A DNA stretch of 64,000 nt, taken from an uncultured Actinomycetota bacterium. GTDB taxonomy: Bacteria > Actinomycetota > Actinomycetes > Mycobacteriales > Geodermatophilaceae. Positions 1-11,592 of this stretch are shown here, piece by piece; position 1 is the stretch's first letter, and every line of letters starts with the position of its first letter. A program made the position numbers and the translations under genes. The notes beneath the pieces are model-generated. The model saw nothing but the letters and a program-made list of their open reading frames with translations, was not told where the DNA came from and made no database searches. The DNA lies in NCBI GenBank assembly GCA_963748305.1, contig CAVVIN010000008.1, forward strand, positions 181,798-245,797, read 5' to 3'.

Positions 1-803
1 AGGCCGAGCTCCTCGTGCACCGTGACGGCGAGCGCGGCGGCTCGGGCGGCGATCTCCTCGGAGACGCGGGCCGGGGTGTGGTACTCGGTGAGGCCCGGGG
101 TGTACCGGGAGGTGTAGTCGAAGACACCGGACTCGGGCACGATCTCGACCGCCGGCAGCGCCTGCGGGCCGTCGCCGAGGTCGATCACCGAGATGGCGAG
201 CTCGACGCCCTCCACGAACCGCTCCACCATCACGGTGTCGCCGTAGGCGAAGCAGCTGACCATCGCCGCCGGCAGGTCCTCGAGCCGGCTGATCTTCTGC
301 ACGCCGAGCGCCGAGCCGCCGGAGGCGGGCTTCAGCATCAGGGGCAGCCCGAGCCGGGCGACCATCAGGTCCAGGACGGCGCCGGCGCCCAGCTCGCGGA
401 AGGTGCTGTGCGGCAACGCCACCCAGTCGGGCGTCGTGACGCCGGCGGAGCGGACGACGGACTTGGCCGCGGGCTTGTCCCAGGCCAGCCGGCAGGCCGC
501 GGCGGGCGAGCCCACGTAGGGGACGCCGGCGAGGTCGAGGACGGCCCGCAGGGCGCCGTCCTCCCCCGTGGCGCCGTGCAGGGCGATGAAGACCGCGTCG
601 GCGGGTGCGGCGGCGAGCCCGGGCAGCAGGTCGGCGTCGGCGTCGCGGACCTCCGCGTCGATGCCGGCCCGGACCAGCTCCTCCCAGACCTGGGTGCCCG
701 AGGAGAGGCTGACCTCGCGCTCGAAGGTCAGCCCCCCGGCCAGGACGACGGCTCGCAGGGGGTGCGGGTCGGTGCCGGGTGCGGGTGCCGGTGCTGCTGC
801 TGA
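1..803 (-). CDS. ddl: D-alanine--D-alanine ligase, partial (3' end lies outside the window)
   Basis: Reverse-strand translation from the ATG at 803 gives MTGSAAAP...VVLAGGLTFEREVSLSSG...GVPYVGSPAAACRLAWDKPAAK...MLKPASGGSALGV, an ATP-grasp Ddl N-terminal region. There is no stop before the window edge. It is absent from the ORF track because it is open-ended. Confidence 0.7.
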
Positions 804-808
804 CCCCG

Positions 809-2158
809 TCATGCCCGCCCGTCCTCGTAGGTGTCGCTGTTCGCCGGGCCGACGATCGTCTCGGCCTCGTGCCCCGGGATGGGTCGCCCGACCGCCCGGA
901 AGGTGCCGGTGTCGACGGCGTCGAAGGTGGAGTGCAGGTCCAGCTCGGCCTCGATGACGCGGGCCAGCCGGCGGACCCCCTCGCGGATCTGGTCGGGCTC
1001 CGGGTAGCAGTAGGACAGCCGCATGTACTCGCGGCCGTTGCCGTCGGCGAAGAAGCCGATGCCCGGCACGTACGCGACGTGCGCGTTGACCGCGCGCGGC
1101 TGCATCAGCTTGGCGTCCAGCCCGTGCGGCAGCTTCAGCCACACGTAGAAGCCGCCCTCGGGCCGCGTCCAGGCGGTGCCGGCGGGCATGAGTGCGGCCA
1201 GGGACTCCAGACAGGCGTCGCGACGCTCGCGGTAGAGCTCGGCGAAGGTCTTGATCTGCTCACGCCACGGCTGGGTGTCCAGGTACCGCGCGACGGCGTA
1301 CTGGGTGAGCGACGGCGGGCAGAGCACCTGCGCCTCGGTCGCGAGCACCAGCTTCTCCCGGACGGCCAGCGGCGCCAGCACCCAGCCCACCCGCAGGCCC
1401 GGGCGAGAACGTCTTCGAGAACGACCCCAGGTAGATGACCCGCTGGTTGTTCCGGGCGCGCAGCGCGCGCAACGGCTCGTGCTCGAAGCCGAGCAGGCCG
1501 TAGGGGTTGTCCTCGATGATCAGCAGGTCGTGCTTCTCGGCGAGCGCCACGATCGTCTCGCGGCGCTCCTCCGACAGCGTCACGCCGGCCGGGTTGTGGA
1601 AGTTGGGCACGGTGTAGAGGAACTTGACCCGGTCGCCGTTGGCGCGGCAGTCGACCAGCGCCTCCTCGAGCGCCTCGGGGATCAGCCCGTGGTCGTCCAT
1701 GGCGACGTGCCGGACCCGGGCCTCGGCGGCCTGGAAGACCCCCAGCGCGCCCACGTAGGACGGGCCCTCGGCCAGGATGACGTCACCGGGGTCGCAGAAG
1801 ACGCGGGTGACCAGGTCGAGGCCCTGCTGCGAGCCGACGGTCACGACGACCTCGCTGGGCGAGGCGTCTCGATGCCCTCCAGCGCCATGACGTCGCAGAT
1901 GCGCTCGCGCAGCCGCGGGTCGCCCTGACCGGAGCCGTACTGCAGCGTCTGGGCGCCCATGCCGGAGACGAGTTCGCCGATCATCGAGCCGACGGCGTCG
2001 AGGGGCAGGGCCGTGACGGCCGGCATCCCGCCGGCCAGGGAGACCACCTCGGGGCGGCTGACCACCGAGAAGAGCGCGCGGATCTCCGAGGTCTTCATCC
2101 CGTGCGTGCGTGCTGCGTACCGGTCCGCCAGAGGGTCCAGCCGCGGATGCCGCGGCAC
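809..2158 (-). CDS. PLP-dependent aminotransferase (class I/II), split into three ORF fragments by two frameshifts (near 1260-1390 and near 1841)
   Basis: ORFs 1841-2158, 1260-1844 and 809-1390 on the minus strand are colinear N-terminal, middle and C-terminal parts of one aminotransferase (KTSEIRALF, SFSKTFSPG, GGFYVWLKLP). It lies 5 bp upstream of ddl. Confidence 0.6.
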
Positions 2159-2402
2159 GACATGGGGATGCGCACCTGTAGTCAGGTGCGTCCCCGGTAG
2201 ACCGGAACCGGCAGACGGCCGGACGGAGAGGTCACCTTCAGCAGTGTAGGGAGGTAGCGAGACTGCGTCCTACGGAAGCACCGGCCAATTGCCGCCCTGC
2301 GAGGCGGCGTGAGGAGTGCGGGCCGGGCTCCCCGACGAGCGACGGCTGGGGCTCAATGCTCCGGGGGACGGCCTGCCGCGGTGCGGTCCGGAGGATCCAA
2401 GG

Positions 2403-3545
2403 TTATTGCAGCGTGAACGTGCCGGTCTGGGGGTCGTTCTCGGCGGGGAGGTAGAGCCGTTGCACAGCCGCCAGGACGGCGTGCGCGATCGTGCTGCGCA
2501 GCCGGGCGTCGAGCAGCAGGAGGCGGTCGACGGGATGGGACAGGTAGCCGCAGTCGAGCCGGACGGCGGGCATGCGGGTCATCCGCAGCAGGTCCCACAC
2601 CTTCGGGTGCGAGCCGAGGTCGAGCATGCCCGTGCGGGCGATGACCTCGCGGCGCACCAGGTTGGCGAACTGCTCCCCCACCGTGGACGAGACGCCCGAG
2701 CCGGTGCCGTAGTAGTAGCTGGCCACCCCGCGGGCGTGCTCGGAGCCGTGCGCGTCCATGTGCAGGGAGACGAACAGGTCGGCACGGGCGTCGTTGGCGA
2801 AGTTGGTGCGCTCGGCCAGGGAGGGGTTCTGGTGCCGGCCCCGGGTGAGGAACACCTGTGCCCCCGCCGCGGCCAGCCGGCCCTCGATGCGCGACGCGAG
2901 GTCGAACACCAGATCGGACTCGGTGGTCTCCCCCTCGACGAAGCCGGTCTCCAGGCCGCCGTGCCCCGGGTCGACGACGATGCGCCGGCCGATCAGGTGC
3001 GGACCACTGTCGACGAACGAGGCGCTCTGCCGCAGCAGCTGGGGGCGTCCGCCGGTGACCTTCCGGCCGAGCTGGCGCAGTGCCCGCAGCGTGGCCGGGC
3101 CGCAGGTGCCGTCGGAGGTGAGCCCGTAGTCGCGCTGGAAGGCGCGCAGCCCGACCTCGGTCTCCGGGCCGAGGATGCCGTCGGCCCGGCCGGCGTCGTA
3201 GCCGAGCTCGAGCAGCCGCTCCTGCAGGCTGGTGACGTCGTCGCCGCGCATGGGCCGGTCGGGGTCGTAGCGCAGCAGCCGGTCACCGAGCGACCAGCGC
3301 GCCTCCGACAGCGCCCGGTAGGTCTCCTCGCCGACCCGGCCGTCGACCGAGAGGCCGCGGACCTGCTGGAAGTGGCGGACGGCGACCTCGGTGGCCGCGT
3401 CGTACTCCGCGGACTCGAGGCTCTCGCCGTCGGTCATCGGGACGTCGTCGGGCAGGAGGCCGAGGATGCGCAACGAGACCTGGACGTCAGCCACCGCCGG
3501 TCCCCGGTCCCCGAGTCTGAGGGGCTGCATGCTGTCGGTTCCCAT
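2403..3545 (-). CDS. cwlM: N-acetylmuramoyl-L-alanine amidase with two N-terminal peptidoglycan-binding repeats (CwlM-like)
   Basis: Intact 380-aa ORF. Two PG_binding_1-like repeats (GDRGPAVADVQ, GILGPETEVGLRAFQ) are followed by an Amidase_3 domain (VVDPGHGG...SLHMDA). It sits next to trxA-trxB as in Mtb Rv3915. Confidence 0.8.
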   Translation of the reverse strand: MGTDSMQPLRLGDRGPAVADVQVSLRILGLLPDDVPMTDGESLESAEYDAATEVAVRHFQQVRGLSVDGRVGEETYRALSEARWSLGDRLLRYDPDRPMRGDDVTSLQERLLELGYDAGRADGILGPETEVGLRAFQRDYGLTSDGTCGPATLRALRQLGRKVTGGRPQLLRQSASFVDSGPHLIGRRIVVDPGHGGLETGFVEGETTESDLVFDLASRIEGRLAAAGAQVFLTRGRHQNPSLAERTNFANDARADLFVSLHMDAHGSEHARGVASYYYGTGSGVSSTVGEQFANLVRREVIARTGMLDLGSHPKVWDLLRMTRMPAVRLDCGYLSHPVDRLLLLDARLRSTIAHAVLAAVQRLYLPAENDPQTGTFTLQ

Positions 3546-3650
3546 TCACAGCTCCGCTGGGGAACTGGAGAGCTTCGCCTGTCTCGTCATCGTCTGCCGA
3601 TTGTCGTCCCCGCGACATCGTCCGGCCCATCGGGGTGCGGTGAACGCGCC

Positions 3651-3684
3651 GCGGGCCCGTCCCTCCAAGGAGGAACGGGCCCGC
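3651..3684 (-). terminator. GC-rich hairpin downstream of trxA (16-bp stem with one mismatch, 2-nt loop)
   Basis: gcgggcccgtccctcc aa ggaggaacgggcccgc, about 45 nt after the trxA stop. Actinobacterial I-shaped terminator type without a U-tract. Confidence 0.45.
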
Positions 3685-3729
3685 GGCCCGTCCCGGGTCC
3701 CGCCCTGAGCGTGCAGGGGAGGTCCTTTG

Positions 3730-4056
3730 TCAGATGAAGTCGGCGAGGTCGCTGAGGATCGCGCCCTTGGGCTTGGCGCCGATGATGCTCTTGACCGGCT
3801 TGCCGCCCTGGAAGACGGTCATCGTCGGGATCGACATGACCTGGTAGTCACGCGCGATCTGCGGGTTCTCGTCGATGTTCAGCTTGGCGATGGTGAGCTT
3901 GTCGCCGTGCTCGGCCGCGATCTCCTCGAGTACCGGGGCGACCATCTTGCACGGGCCGCACCACTCCGCCCAGAAGTCGACGAGCACGGGCTTGTCACTG
4001 CCCAGCACGTCGCTCGCGAAGCTGGAGTCGGTGACCTTCACGGTGTTGCCTGCCAT
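3730..4056 (-). CDS. trxA: thioredoxin
   Basis: 108 aa with the WCGPC active site: FWAEWCGPCKMVAPVLEEIA. Confidence 0.9.
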   Translation of the reverse strand: MAGNTVKVTDSSFASDVLGSDKPVLVDFWAEWCGPCKMVAPVLEEIAAEHGDKLTIAKLNIDENPQIARDYQVMSIPTMTVFQGGKPVKSIIGAKPKGAILSDLADFI

Positions 4057-4151
4057 GGAACGTTCTCCCTCTGGTGGTCGGGCGGTGGGCCCGCACGGTT
4101 CAACCGGTCTAGCGGTGGATGTATGCCCGGCCCGTCCGGGAGCTGGTCGGC

Positions 4152-5195
4152 TCAGCGCTCGTCGAAGACCTCGGCGAGCCAGCGCTCGGCGTCGATACCG
4201 GCGGCCGCACCGGTGCCGGCCGCGGTGATCGCCTGCCGGTAGATGTGGTCGACGACGTCGCCACAGGCGAAAACACCGTCGATGTTGGTGCGGGTCGTGG
4301 GGTGCTCGACCTGGATGTAGCCGTTGTCGTCGAGCTTGAGCTGCCCGGCGAAGAGCTCGCTGCGCGGGTCGTGGCCGATCGCGACGAACAGGCCGGTCAC
4401 CGGCAGGGTCTCGGTGTCGCCGGTCGTGACGTCGGTGAGCTCGACGCCGGACACCGTGGTCTCGCCGACCACGTCGGTGACCTGCTTGCCCAGGGCCCAG
4501 CGGATCTTCACGTTGTCCTGTGCGCGCTTCTGCATGATCTTGGAGGCGCGCAGCTCGGGCCGCCGGTGCACGACGGTGACGCTCTTGGCGAACCGGGTGA
4601 GGAAGGTGGCCTCCTCCATCGCGGAGTCGCCCCCGCCGACGACCACGATGTCCTGGTCGCGGAAGAAGAACCCGTCGCAGGTGGCACAGGCCGACACGCC
4701 ACGGCCGAGCAGGCGGGACTCGTTGTCCAGGCCCAGGTACCGGTACTTCGACCCGGTGGCCACGATGACGGCGTGCGCGAGGTGCTCCTCGTCCCCGACC
4801 TTGACGACCTTCGGGTTGGCCGTGAGGTCGACCTCGGAAACGTCCCGCGGGACGAGTTCGGCGCCGAAGCGCTCGGCCTGGCCGCGCATGTCGTCCATGA
4901 GCTGCGGGCCCTGGATGCCCTCCCGGAAACCGGGGAAGTTCTCGACCTCGGTGGTGGTCATGAGGGCGCCGCCGAACTGCGAGCCCTCGAAGACCAGCGG
5001 GTGGAGGTTCGCCCGCGCTGCGTAGACGGCGGCGGCGTAGCCGGCCGGTCCGGAGCCGATGATGATCAGGTCGCGGACGCCGTCGTGCTCGGCCGGCGGG
5101 ATCACCGGCTGCACGTGGTCCGCCGTCACGGCGGGGCCGGGGGTCGGGTGCTGTGTCGTCACGGGGGGCACAACCTCAGATCCTAGGGGCGGCAT
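4152..5195 (-). CDS. trxB: thioredoxin-disulfide reductase. The true start is probably downstream of the first M in the ORF.
   Basis: [19 protein letters not shown]...CATCDGFFF...GIFACGD. FAD/NADPH-binding and redox-active CxxC motifs. The roughly 40-aa Pro-rich N-terminal extension in the ORF is probably not translated. Confidence 0.85.
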   Translation of the reverse strand: MPPLGSEVVPPVTTQHPTPGPAVTADHVQPVIPPAEHDGVRDLIIIGSGPAGYAAAVYAARANLHPLVFEGSQFGGALMTTTEVENFPGFREGIQGPQLMDDMRGQAERFGAELVPRDVSEVDLTANPKVVKVGDEEHLAHAVIVATGSKYRYLGLDNESRLLGRGVSACATCDGFFFRDQDIVVVGGGDSAMEEATFLTRFAKSVTVVHRRPELRASKIMQKRAQDNVKIRWALGKQVTDVVGETTVSGVELTDVTTGDTETLPVTGLFVAIGHDPRSELFAGQLKLDDNGYIQVEHPTTRTNIDGVFACGDVVDHIYRQAITAAGTGAAAGIDAERWLAEVFDER

Positions 5196-5252
5196 TCCCC
5201 CGGCGCGCTGCCCGTCCGCGCCGCTGAGCAGCGGTGGCCTGCCGGCGGGCGG

Positions 5253-7199
5253 TCAGCCGGCGGAGAGGATCGACACCTCGGCGAGGCCGGCGTTGAAGCC
5301 GTCGCCGCCCTCGACGAGACCGGTGACCCAGACCAGCACGTAGCGGGTCGTGACGGCCTCGTCGAAGGTGAACTCGCTGGTGCCCTCGACGGCGCCCGAG
5401 CCGGCGGTGGCGTAGCTGTCGAGCTCGCCGTCGGAGGAGTCGCCGGTGCGGATCTCCACCGTCGCGCCCGGGGTGGTCGAGGTGACGGTGACGCCGGCGA
5501 GCGACTGCTCGGAGCCCAGGTCGTAGAGCACGCCGACGCCGGGCTTGAGGTTGCCGAACGCCGGGGAGCCGCGGTAGTTCAGCGTCGTCCACGCGGTGGC
5601 CGGGTCGCCGTCGTAGGACTGCGGGACGTCGCCGTTGTTCTCGGGCTCGCCGTCCCCGAAGGGGTCGAACACGTCGGCCGCCGCGATCTGCACGGGGTCC
5701 CCGGCGGCGACCGGCTCCTCCTCCGCGGGCGCGCTGCTGGACGCACCGCCGCCGCCGGACGGCGTCGAGCCGACGTTGTCGTCGACGGAGCCGGTCACCG
5801 ACAGCAGGGTGTTGCCGATCCAGAGGGCGAGCGCGACGACGACGGCCAGGGCCAGCAGCGGCAGGCCGATCACCAGCAGGCGACGGCGCGGCGAGGTGGT
5901 GTCGGTCTCCTCGGTCGTCGGCCCGGCGTCGGTGTACGGGCCGCGCTGGTACTCGTCGAGCTCGCGGTCGCTGAGGACGCCGAACGGCTCGTCGTCGTAG
6001 CCCTCGTCCGCGTAGCCGTACCCGTCGTCGTACCGGCCGTCGTCCTGCGCCCCGGCGGACCGGCCCACCGGCGGGGGTGGGGCGTACGCGCCCGCGACCG
6101 GGACGACGGTGGAGGCGTTGATCGTGTCGCCGTCGACGGCCTCCGGGGGGACCGGGCGGCCGAGGGGGCGGACCGGCGGGACGGGGGGCATCGTCTGCGG
6201 ATCCATGCGGTCCGGCCCGGCGGTCAGCGCGTCCGGGGTCACCGTGCCGGGGGCGTCCGTGTCGACGTCCTGGATGACGGTTTCCGGGGCCCGGCCAGGG
6301 ATGACGCCGGCGGTGCCGGCCGCGGCGGCGGCCTTGCGGTCGCGCATGCGCCGGCGCCAGCCGCCCTCGTTCTCCTCGGGGGCGCGCTGGGGCTGGGTGC
6401 TGACGGAGACGCCGGAGCGCGGGCGCTCCTTGAGCAGCGAGGCCATCGCCGCGACGCTGGTGATCGCCTGACCCGGCTCGGTCGACCGCGCGCGCCGGAC
6501 GAGGGCGAGCAGGTCGGAGGAGCCGGTGAGGGGGCGGGGGCTCTGGTCCTCGCCCGAGGGCAGCCCGGTCAGGCAGGCCTCGAGCAGGGCGCCGAGCGCG
6601 GCGATGTCGCCGTCGACGGTTCCGGTGGCGGCGGGCACCGCGCGCAGGCCCACGAGGCCGTTGGGCCGCAGCACGACGTTGTCCGAGCTCAGGCCACCGA
6701 CGGCCAGGCCGACCCGGTGCGCCTCGGCGACGCCCTCCGCCAGGCGGCGCAGGACGGTGCGGACGTCGCGCTCGGGAAGCGGCCCGCGGGCCAGCCGCTC
6801 GGTCAGCGTCTCGCCGTCGATCCACTCGTTGACGACGTAGGCGGCACCGCCGGGGGCGGTGGGGTCGCCGGTGCCCTCGGAGGCGTCGTAGACCATCGCG
6901 AGGGCCGGGGTGGCCAGGCCGCCGGCCGTCAGGGCGCGGGTGATCCAGGCGTGCGCGGCCGGGCCGGCCGGGGTGTGCACGCGGATGGCGACGTCGCGGT
7001 TGAGGACGCGGTCCTTCGCGCGCCAGCAGCGGATGACGCCGGTGGGTGTCGGTTCGTCGGGTCCCACCTGGTCCAGTGGCCGGTAGCGGTCCGGAAGGCC
7101 GGTGGTCGTCGACGTCATCGACACTGTCGACCCCCAGTCCTGTCCCAGCCGCCGGCGCGATTGCTCCGGCGTGGATGCGTGCTCCGGTACCCCGGTCAT
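5253..7199 (-). CDS. MviN-associated Ser/Thr pseudokinase with a transmembrane helix and an extracellular C-terminal domain. It is homologous to the C-terminal half of Mtb MviN (Rv3910) but is a separate gene here.
   Basis: Starts MTGVPEHASTPEQ... with a kinase-like fold (YRPLDQVG...VIRCWRAKDRVLNRDVAIRV...NEWIDGETL), then a TM segment (LLVIGLPLLALAVVVALALWI), then an extracellular domain. The ATG overlaps the murJ stop (ATGA). Confidence 0.6.
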   Translation of the reverse strand: MTGVPEHASTPEQSRRRLGQDWGSTVSMTSTTTGLPDRYRPLDQVGPDEPTPTGVIRCWRAKDRVLNRDVAIRVHTPAGPAAHAWITRALTAGGLATPALAMVYDASEGTGDPTAPGGAAYVVNEWIDGETLTERLARGPLPERDVRTVLRRLAEGVAEAHRVGLAVGGLSSDNVVLRPNGLVGLRAVPAATGTVDGDIAALGALLEACLTGLPSGEDQSPRPLTGSSDLLALVRRARSTEPGQAITSVAAMASLLKERPRSGVSVSTQPQRAPEENEGGWRRRMRDRKAAAAAGTAGVIPGRAPETVIQDVDTDAPGTVTPDALTAGPDRMDPQTMPPVPPVRPLGRPVPPEAVDGDTINASTVVPVAGAYAPPPPVGRSAGAQDDGRYDDGYGYADEGYDDEPFGVLSDRELDEYQRGPYTDAGPTTEETDTTSPRRRLLVIGLPLLALAVVVALALWIGNTLLSVTGSVDDNVGSTPSGGGGASSSAPAEEEPVAAGDPVQIAAADVFDPFGDGEPENNGDVPQSYDGDPATAWTTLNYRGSPAFGNLKPGVGVLYDLGSEQSLAGVTVTSTTPGATVEIRTGDSSDGELDSYATAGSGAVEGTSEFTFDEAVTTRYVLVWVTGLVEGGDGFNAGLAEVSILSAG

Positions 7200-8769
7200 C
7201 CGCGTCCCGAACGGGACCTGACCGCAGCCAGGGGCTCCCTGATCTCCGGAACACGGGTGACCACGAGACCTGCAAGAGCCGCGCCGCCGATGACCACGGT
7301 ACCGACCAGCACCGTCGCGAGCGACCCTGCGGTGGTCGCGCCGAACAGGTCGTCGGTGAGTCGCACCACCAGCCACCCCAGTACCCCGGCGACCGCCGAT
7401 GCCAGGGCCATCCGGATGACCGGGCCGAACGTCTCCCTGCTGCGCAGGCCGCCCAACCGCCGGCGCAGAGCGAGGTCGCCCAGGACCCATCCGGCGACGT
7501 ACGTGAGGCTGGTCACCAGCATGAGCCCGGCGACGACGTGGCGCGGCTCGACGAGCGCGGGGACGGCGATCAGCAGCGGCACCCGGACGGCAACCATGCC
7601 GCACTGGATGAGCGTGGGCATGCGGGCGTCCTTCATGGCGTAGAAGGCCCGTAGCTGCAGCAGGGTCACCGCCAGCGGCAGCAGCCCGAACGCCCCGATG
7701 GCCAGCGCGGTCCCGATGCCCTCGGCCTGGGCGACAGAGGTGTTGCCGCGCGCGAAGAAGAGGATGCCCAGATCGGGCCCCAGCACGATCAGCGCGGCGG
7801 TGACCGGCAGCAGGCCGAGCGCCGACAGGCGGGTGCCGAGCGAGAGGTCCTGGACCACGCCGGGTACGTCGTGCCGGGAGGCGGCGCGGCTCATCCGCGG
7901 CAGCAGCGCGGTCAGCAGGGCGACGCCGATGATCCCGTAGGGCATCTGGAACAGCAGGCTGGCGTAGCCGAAGGCGCTGGACCCGAGACCGCCCTCGCGG
8001 CCGGCCTCGTTGGCGATCCGGGTGGCGACGATGACGCCGATCTGGCTGACCGCGACGTACCCGATCACCCAGAGGCCGAGGGTCCCCGCCTCGCGCAGTC
8101 CGGTGTTCTTCATCCCCCACCGCGGGCGCAGCGGCACGCCCGCCTTGCCGAGCAGCGGCAGGAGCACCACGGCCTGGACGACGATGCCGAGGAGGGTGCC
8201 GATCCCGAGCAGCCAGACCTGGCCCGACGTGATCGTCTGCGGTTCGAGGTCGCCCGGACCGCTCGCGGCGATGAACAGCACGCCGGTCGCGATGACCACG
8301 ACGTTGTTGAGCACCGGCGCCCACGCCGGGGGCCGAAGACGCCGCGCGAGTTGAGGATCGCCGTCGCCAGGGCGCCGACGCCGTAGAAGGCGATCTCCAG
8401 CAGCAGGATGCGGGCCAGCCAGTTGGCCAGCCGGACCTGGTCCTCGTCGCCGGAGATGCCGTAGAGGGCGGTGAGCACCGGCGCGACGAGGATCGCCAGC
8501 GCGGTGACCACCAGCAGCCCGACGGTGGCGAGGGTCGACAGCCGCTGGGCGTACGCCGTGCCGCCGTCGCGGTCGCGCTCCTGCGCGTGCACGAGCAGCG
8601 GGACGACGACGGAGGTGAGGACGCCGCCGAGCAGCAGCTCGTAGACGATGTTCGGCAGCGTGTTGGCGGTGTTGTAGGCGTCGTTGACCAGCCCGACGCC
8701 GAGCGCCGCGGCGAGCACCATCGTGCGCAGCAGGCCGGTGATCCGGGAGACCAGCGTCGCGACGGCCAT
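7196..8769 (-). CDS. murJ: lipid II flippase MurJ (MviN), interrupted by one homopolymer frameshift near 8325-8335. The N-terminus may extend upstream of 8769.
   Basis: The N-terminal half is in ORF 8110-8769 (LVSRITGLLRTMVLAAALG...NTLPNIVYELLLGGVLTSVVVPLLV). The C-terminal half is in the 7196-9913 frame (PVLNNVVVIATGVLF...LLQLRAFYAMKDARMPTLIQ). The joint reads GVFGP|RRGRR where GVFGPPAWAPVLNN is expected. That is a C5 run where C6 is needed. Confidence 0.7.
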
Positions 8770-9349
8770 GGTGCCGGCGGCGCGCAGGATGCCCCGGCTG
8801 GCACCGGGTGCTCCCTCGCGGGCCGCCGGCGTCGTCCTCGGTGTCCCCCGGGCGCTGACCGCCGGGCACCGGCGGCAGCGACGTCATCACCTGGGTGTCG
8901 TCGGCGGTCGGTACCCAGCGGGGGCGCGCGGCCGGTGGCGGGATCGGCGGCAGCGGCCGCGCGGGGGTGACGGCGGCGGGCGGGGGCACGGGTGGCGGGC
9001 CCGCCTGGGTGGCCGGTGCCGGTGCCGGTGCCGGTGCGCGTCGGCCGCACGGCGGCGTTCGCGACGACCGGGCCGTCCACCGGGGCGGCGGTGGCCCGTC
9101 GTCCTCGTGGTCGACCGTGGCGAACGGCGCCGAGGGCGGTGGAGCCGCCCGGTAGGGGGGCGGCGGGAGCTTCGCGCCCGTGCTGCGCGCGGGTCGCGGC
9201 GGCGGAGGCGGGGGCACGGCGGGCGTGCCTGCCGGCTCGTCGTCGGTGCTCACACCGGGCTCCGGGTGGGCGGCTGGGCGCGAGGCGCCCTCGGGCGCGC
9301 CCTGCGGCTCGCTGACCGCCGCGCGCCGGCGGCGGAGCACGAAGAGCAC

Positions 9350-11592
9350 CAGCCGCCGGAGGAAGAGCAGGCCGAGCAGGACGGCGGCCCCGATGGTGAT
9401 GATCAGCGAGATGGGTCCGTAGGCGGTGCTCTTCACCTGCAGGGCGATGCGGTCGCCCAGCGGTCCGCCGCCCGGAGTGGTCAGCGTGGCGATCACGGCG
9501 AAGCCGCCCGACTGCTGGACCTCGGTCGGCACCTGCAGGGTGGTCCGCTGACCCGGGGCGAGCGTCTGCAGGCCGATGTCGCCGATCGACAGCCCGCGGT
9601 TGCCGCGCACCTGCACGTCGAGCAGCACGTCACCGCGAACGGGAGGTCGTTGCGCACGGTCAGGACGAGCGGGGCGTCGCTGGAGGCCAGGGTGTAGGTG
9701 CCGTCGGCCGGCGACAGCAGGGACACCCGCTGGCGCAGGCCGTCCATCGTGGAGCGGACGTCCCGGGCGGCGGCGCGGAAGCCTTCGGGGTCGCCGCGCC
9801 AGGCCACCGACGTGGCCCGGGAGATCCCGGCGTCGTAGGACTGGAGCGCGGCCGCCGGGGTCGCCCGACACGGCACCCGCCAGGTCGTCCCGGGTGGCGA
9901 CGGCAGCCGTCACGTCCGCCAGCCCGGCCGGGTCGAGGAGGACGGCGTCCCTGGGCTCGACGATCGCACCCGCGTCGGCGGCCGGGGCACCGGCGAGGCG
10001 CGGCCAGCGTGCCCGGGCGCAGCCAGGGCAACCCGGCGGTCTCGGCCATCATCGCGGCCGACGCCCTCGGGCCCGGCGTCGACGTCGCGGGGCGGGGCGA
10101 TCAGCACGGTCGGGGCGGTGCCCGCCGGCGCCTGGAGGGTGATCAGCGCCAACTCGGCGAGGTAGCGCTGCTCGGCCAGCCGCGGTCCGCCCGGCGTCTG
10201 CTCGGCCCCGCCCGCGACGCGCGCCCAAGGTGGCGTCGGCGACGACGACGTCGAGCGGCCCGCCGGGCAGTGGCCACCTGTGCCCGGGCGTTGGCCGTCT
10301 GGCCGTCGAGCCCGGCCGCGCGAGCACCGCCGGACAGGCCGTCGGTGGCGAGAACGACCCGGTCCATCCCGTTGGCCTGCAGCGTGGTGAGGGTCGCCGC
10401 GCGGGCGACCCCACCGGCCGGCCAGGCGACGTCGGTGAGCGGCTCCACGCCGAGCGCGTCGACGAGGATCCGGGCGCCGACGCCGGTGCCGGTCGACCCG
10501 TCGTCGGCGGCCCCGGTGCCGTCCTGCTCCGGCGTGGTCGGTGTGGCCGGCGCGTCCTCCTCGGCGGATCCGTCGTCCGGGGTCGCGCTGGGGGTGCCGG
10601 GCAGGCTGCGGACGAGGACGCTGGAGAGCGACGCGGCGTCGAGCGCGTCGGCGTCGACGTCGCCGTAGGGCAGCGCCAGCACCGGGTGGGTGGCGGCGAC
10701 CGCCCGCAGCCGGTCCAGGAACTCGACGGCGACGTCGGTGCCGGTGCCGGCGTCGTCCGCGCCGCCGACGTCGTAGGGGCCGGCGGCCATCACCGTCAGC
10801 TCCTCCACCAGCGCCGGGTCGATCGCCAGCGTCACCGACAGGGGCGGGGCCGCGCCCTCGGCGCCGGACGCGCCGGGCAACCGCTCGATCACCGCCAGCG
10901 CCCGGTCGAGCCGGCCGCCCTCGGAGACGACCTCGGTCAGCACGTCGTCGACGAATCCGCCCGACGCGTTGCGGTGGGTGCGCTCGGTGAGCGGCCACAG
11001 CCAGGCCACCGTCGTCCGGACGGCGGGGAGCACCGACTGCTGGACGACGAAGGTGGACAGCTCGCCGACGCGGCGCTGCTCGCCGTCGACGGTGCCGTTG
11101 ACGTTCAGCAGTACCGGGTAGACGCCGTCGGCGCTCAGCTGCAGGGCGGCCGCGGGGATCGTGTAGTCGAAGTCCAGCTCGCCGCCGGGCTCGAGCTCAC
11201 CGGGCAGCTCCTGGAACGCCGGCATGACGCGTGGTCGCCGGGTCGGGGTCGTCGTCGTTGGCGGCCAGCTGGGCGCGGGTGGTCATGAGCTCGCCGCGCT
11301 GGAGCCGGATGCCGAGGTCGCTGATCGTCGACTCGCCGGGGTTGGTCAGCGTGCCGGTGACCCGGACGGTCGTGCCCGGGGTCAGCGTCCGGGGCTCGAA
11401 GCGGCCGACGTCGATGCGCACCGGTCGGTCGGGGTCGGTCGCGTCGTCGTCGGCGGGCGCCGCCAGGACGGGCGGGCCCTGCAGGGGCGGGGCGGCGTGG
11501 GCCGCGGGCGCGAGGAGACCCAGCGCCGTGACACCTAACGCCGTGGCGAGCAGGGGGGCGACGGCGGCGCGGAGCAGCGCCGTCCGGGTCAC
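9350..11592 (-). CDS. Rv3909-like secreted/membrane-anchored protein (DUF6049-like). It has a signal peptide, a C-terminal TM anchor and a Pro-rich tail. It is broken by at least four frameshifts and its 3' end is uncertain.
   Basis: The N-terminus is ORF 11197-11592 (signal peptide [11 protein letters not shown]). It continues in ORF 10143-11225, then in 9493-9876 ([23 protein letters not shown]...), then in the 9913 frame ([32 protein letters not shown]). It sits between mutT4 and murJ as in Mtb. Confidence 0.5.

Noticed and set aside
5176-7275. 699-aa Arg/Pro-rich ORF on the minus strand, and many similar long ORFs (15..803+, 2316..3737+, 4119..5186+, 9910..10998-, 17723..19816+, 21237..22988-, 26182..27987-, 41244..43262+, 47255..48877-)
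   Set aside because: All are antisense or out-of-frame to genes with clear homology. They have low-complexity R/P/G/A composition typical of spurious open frames in 72% GC DNA, where stop codons are rare. None has a recognisable domain.
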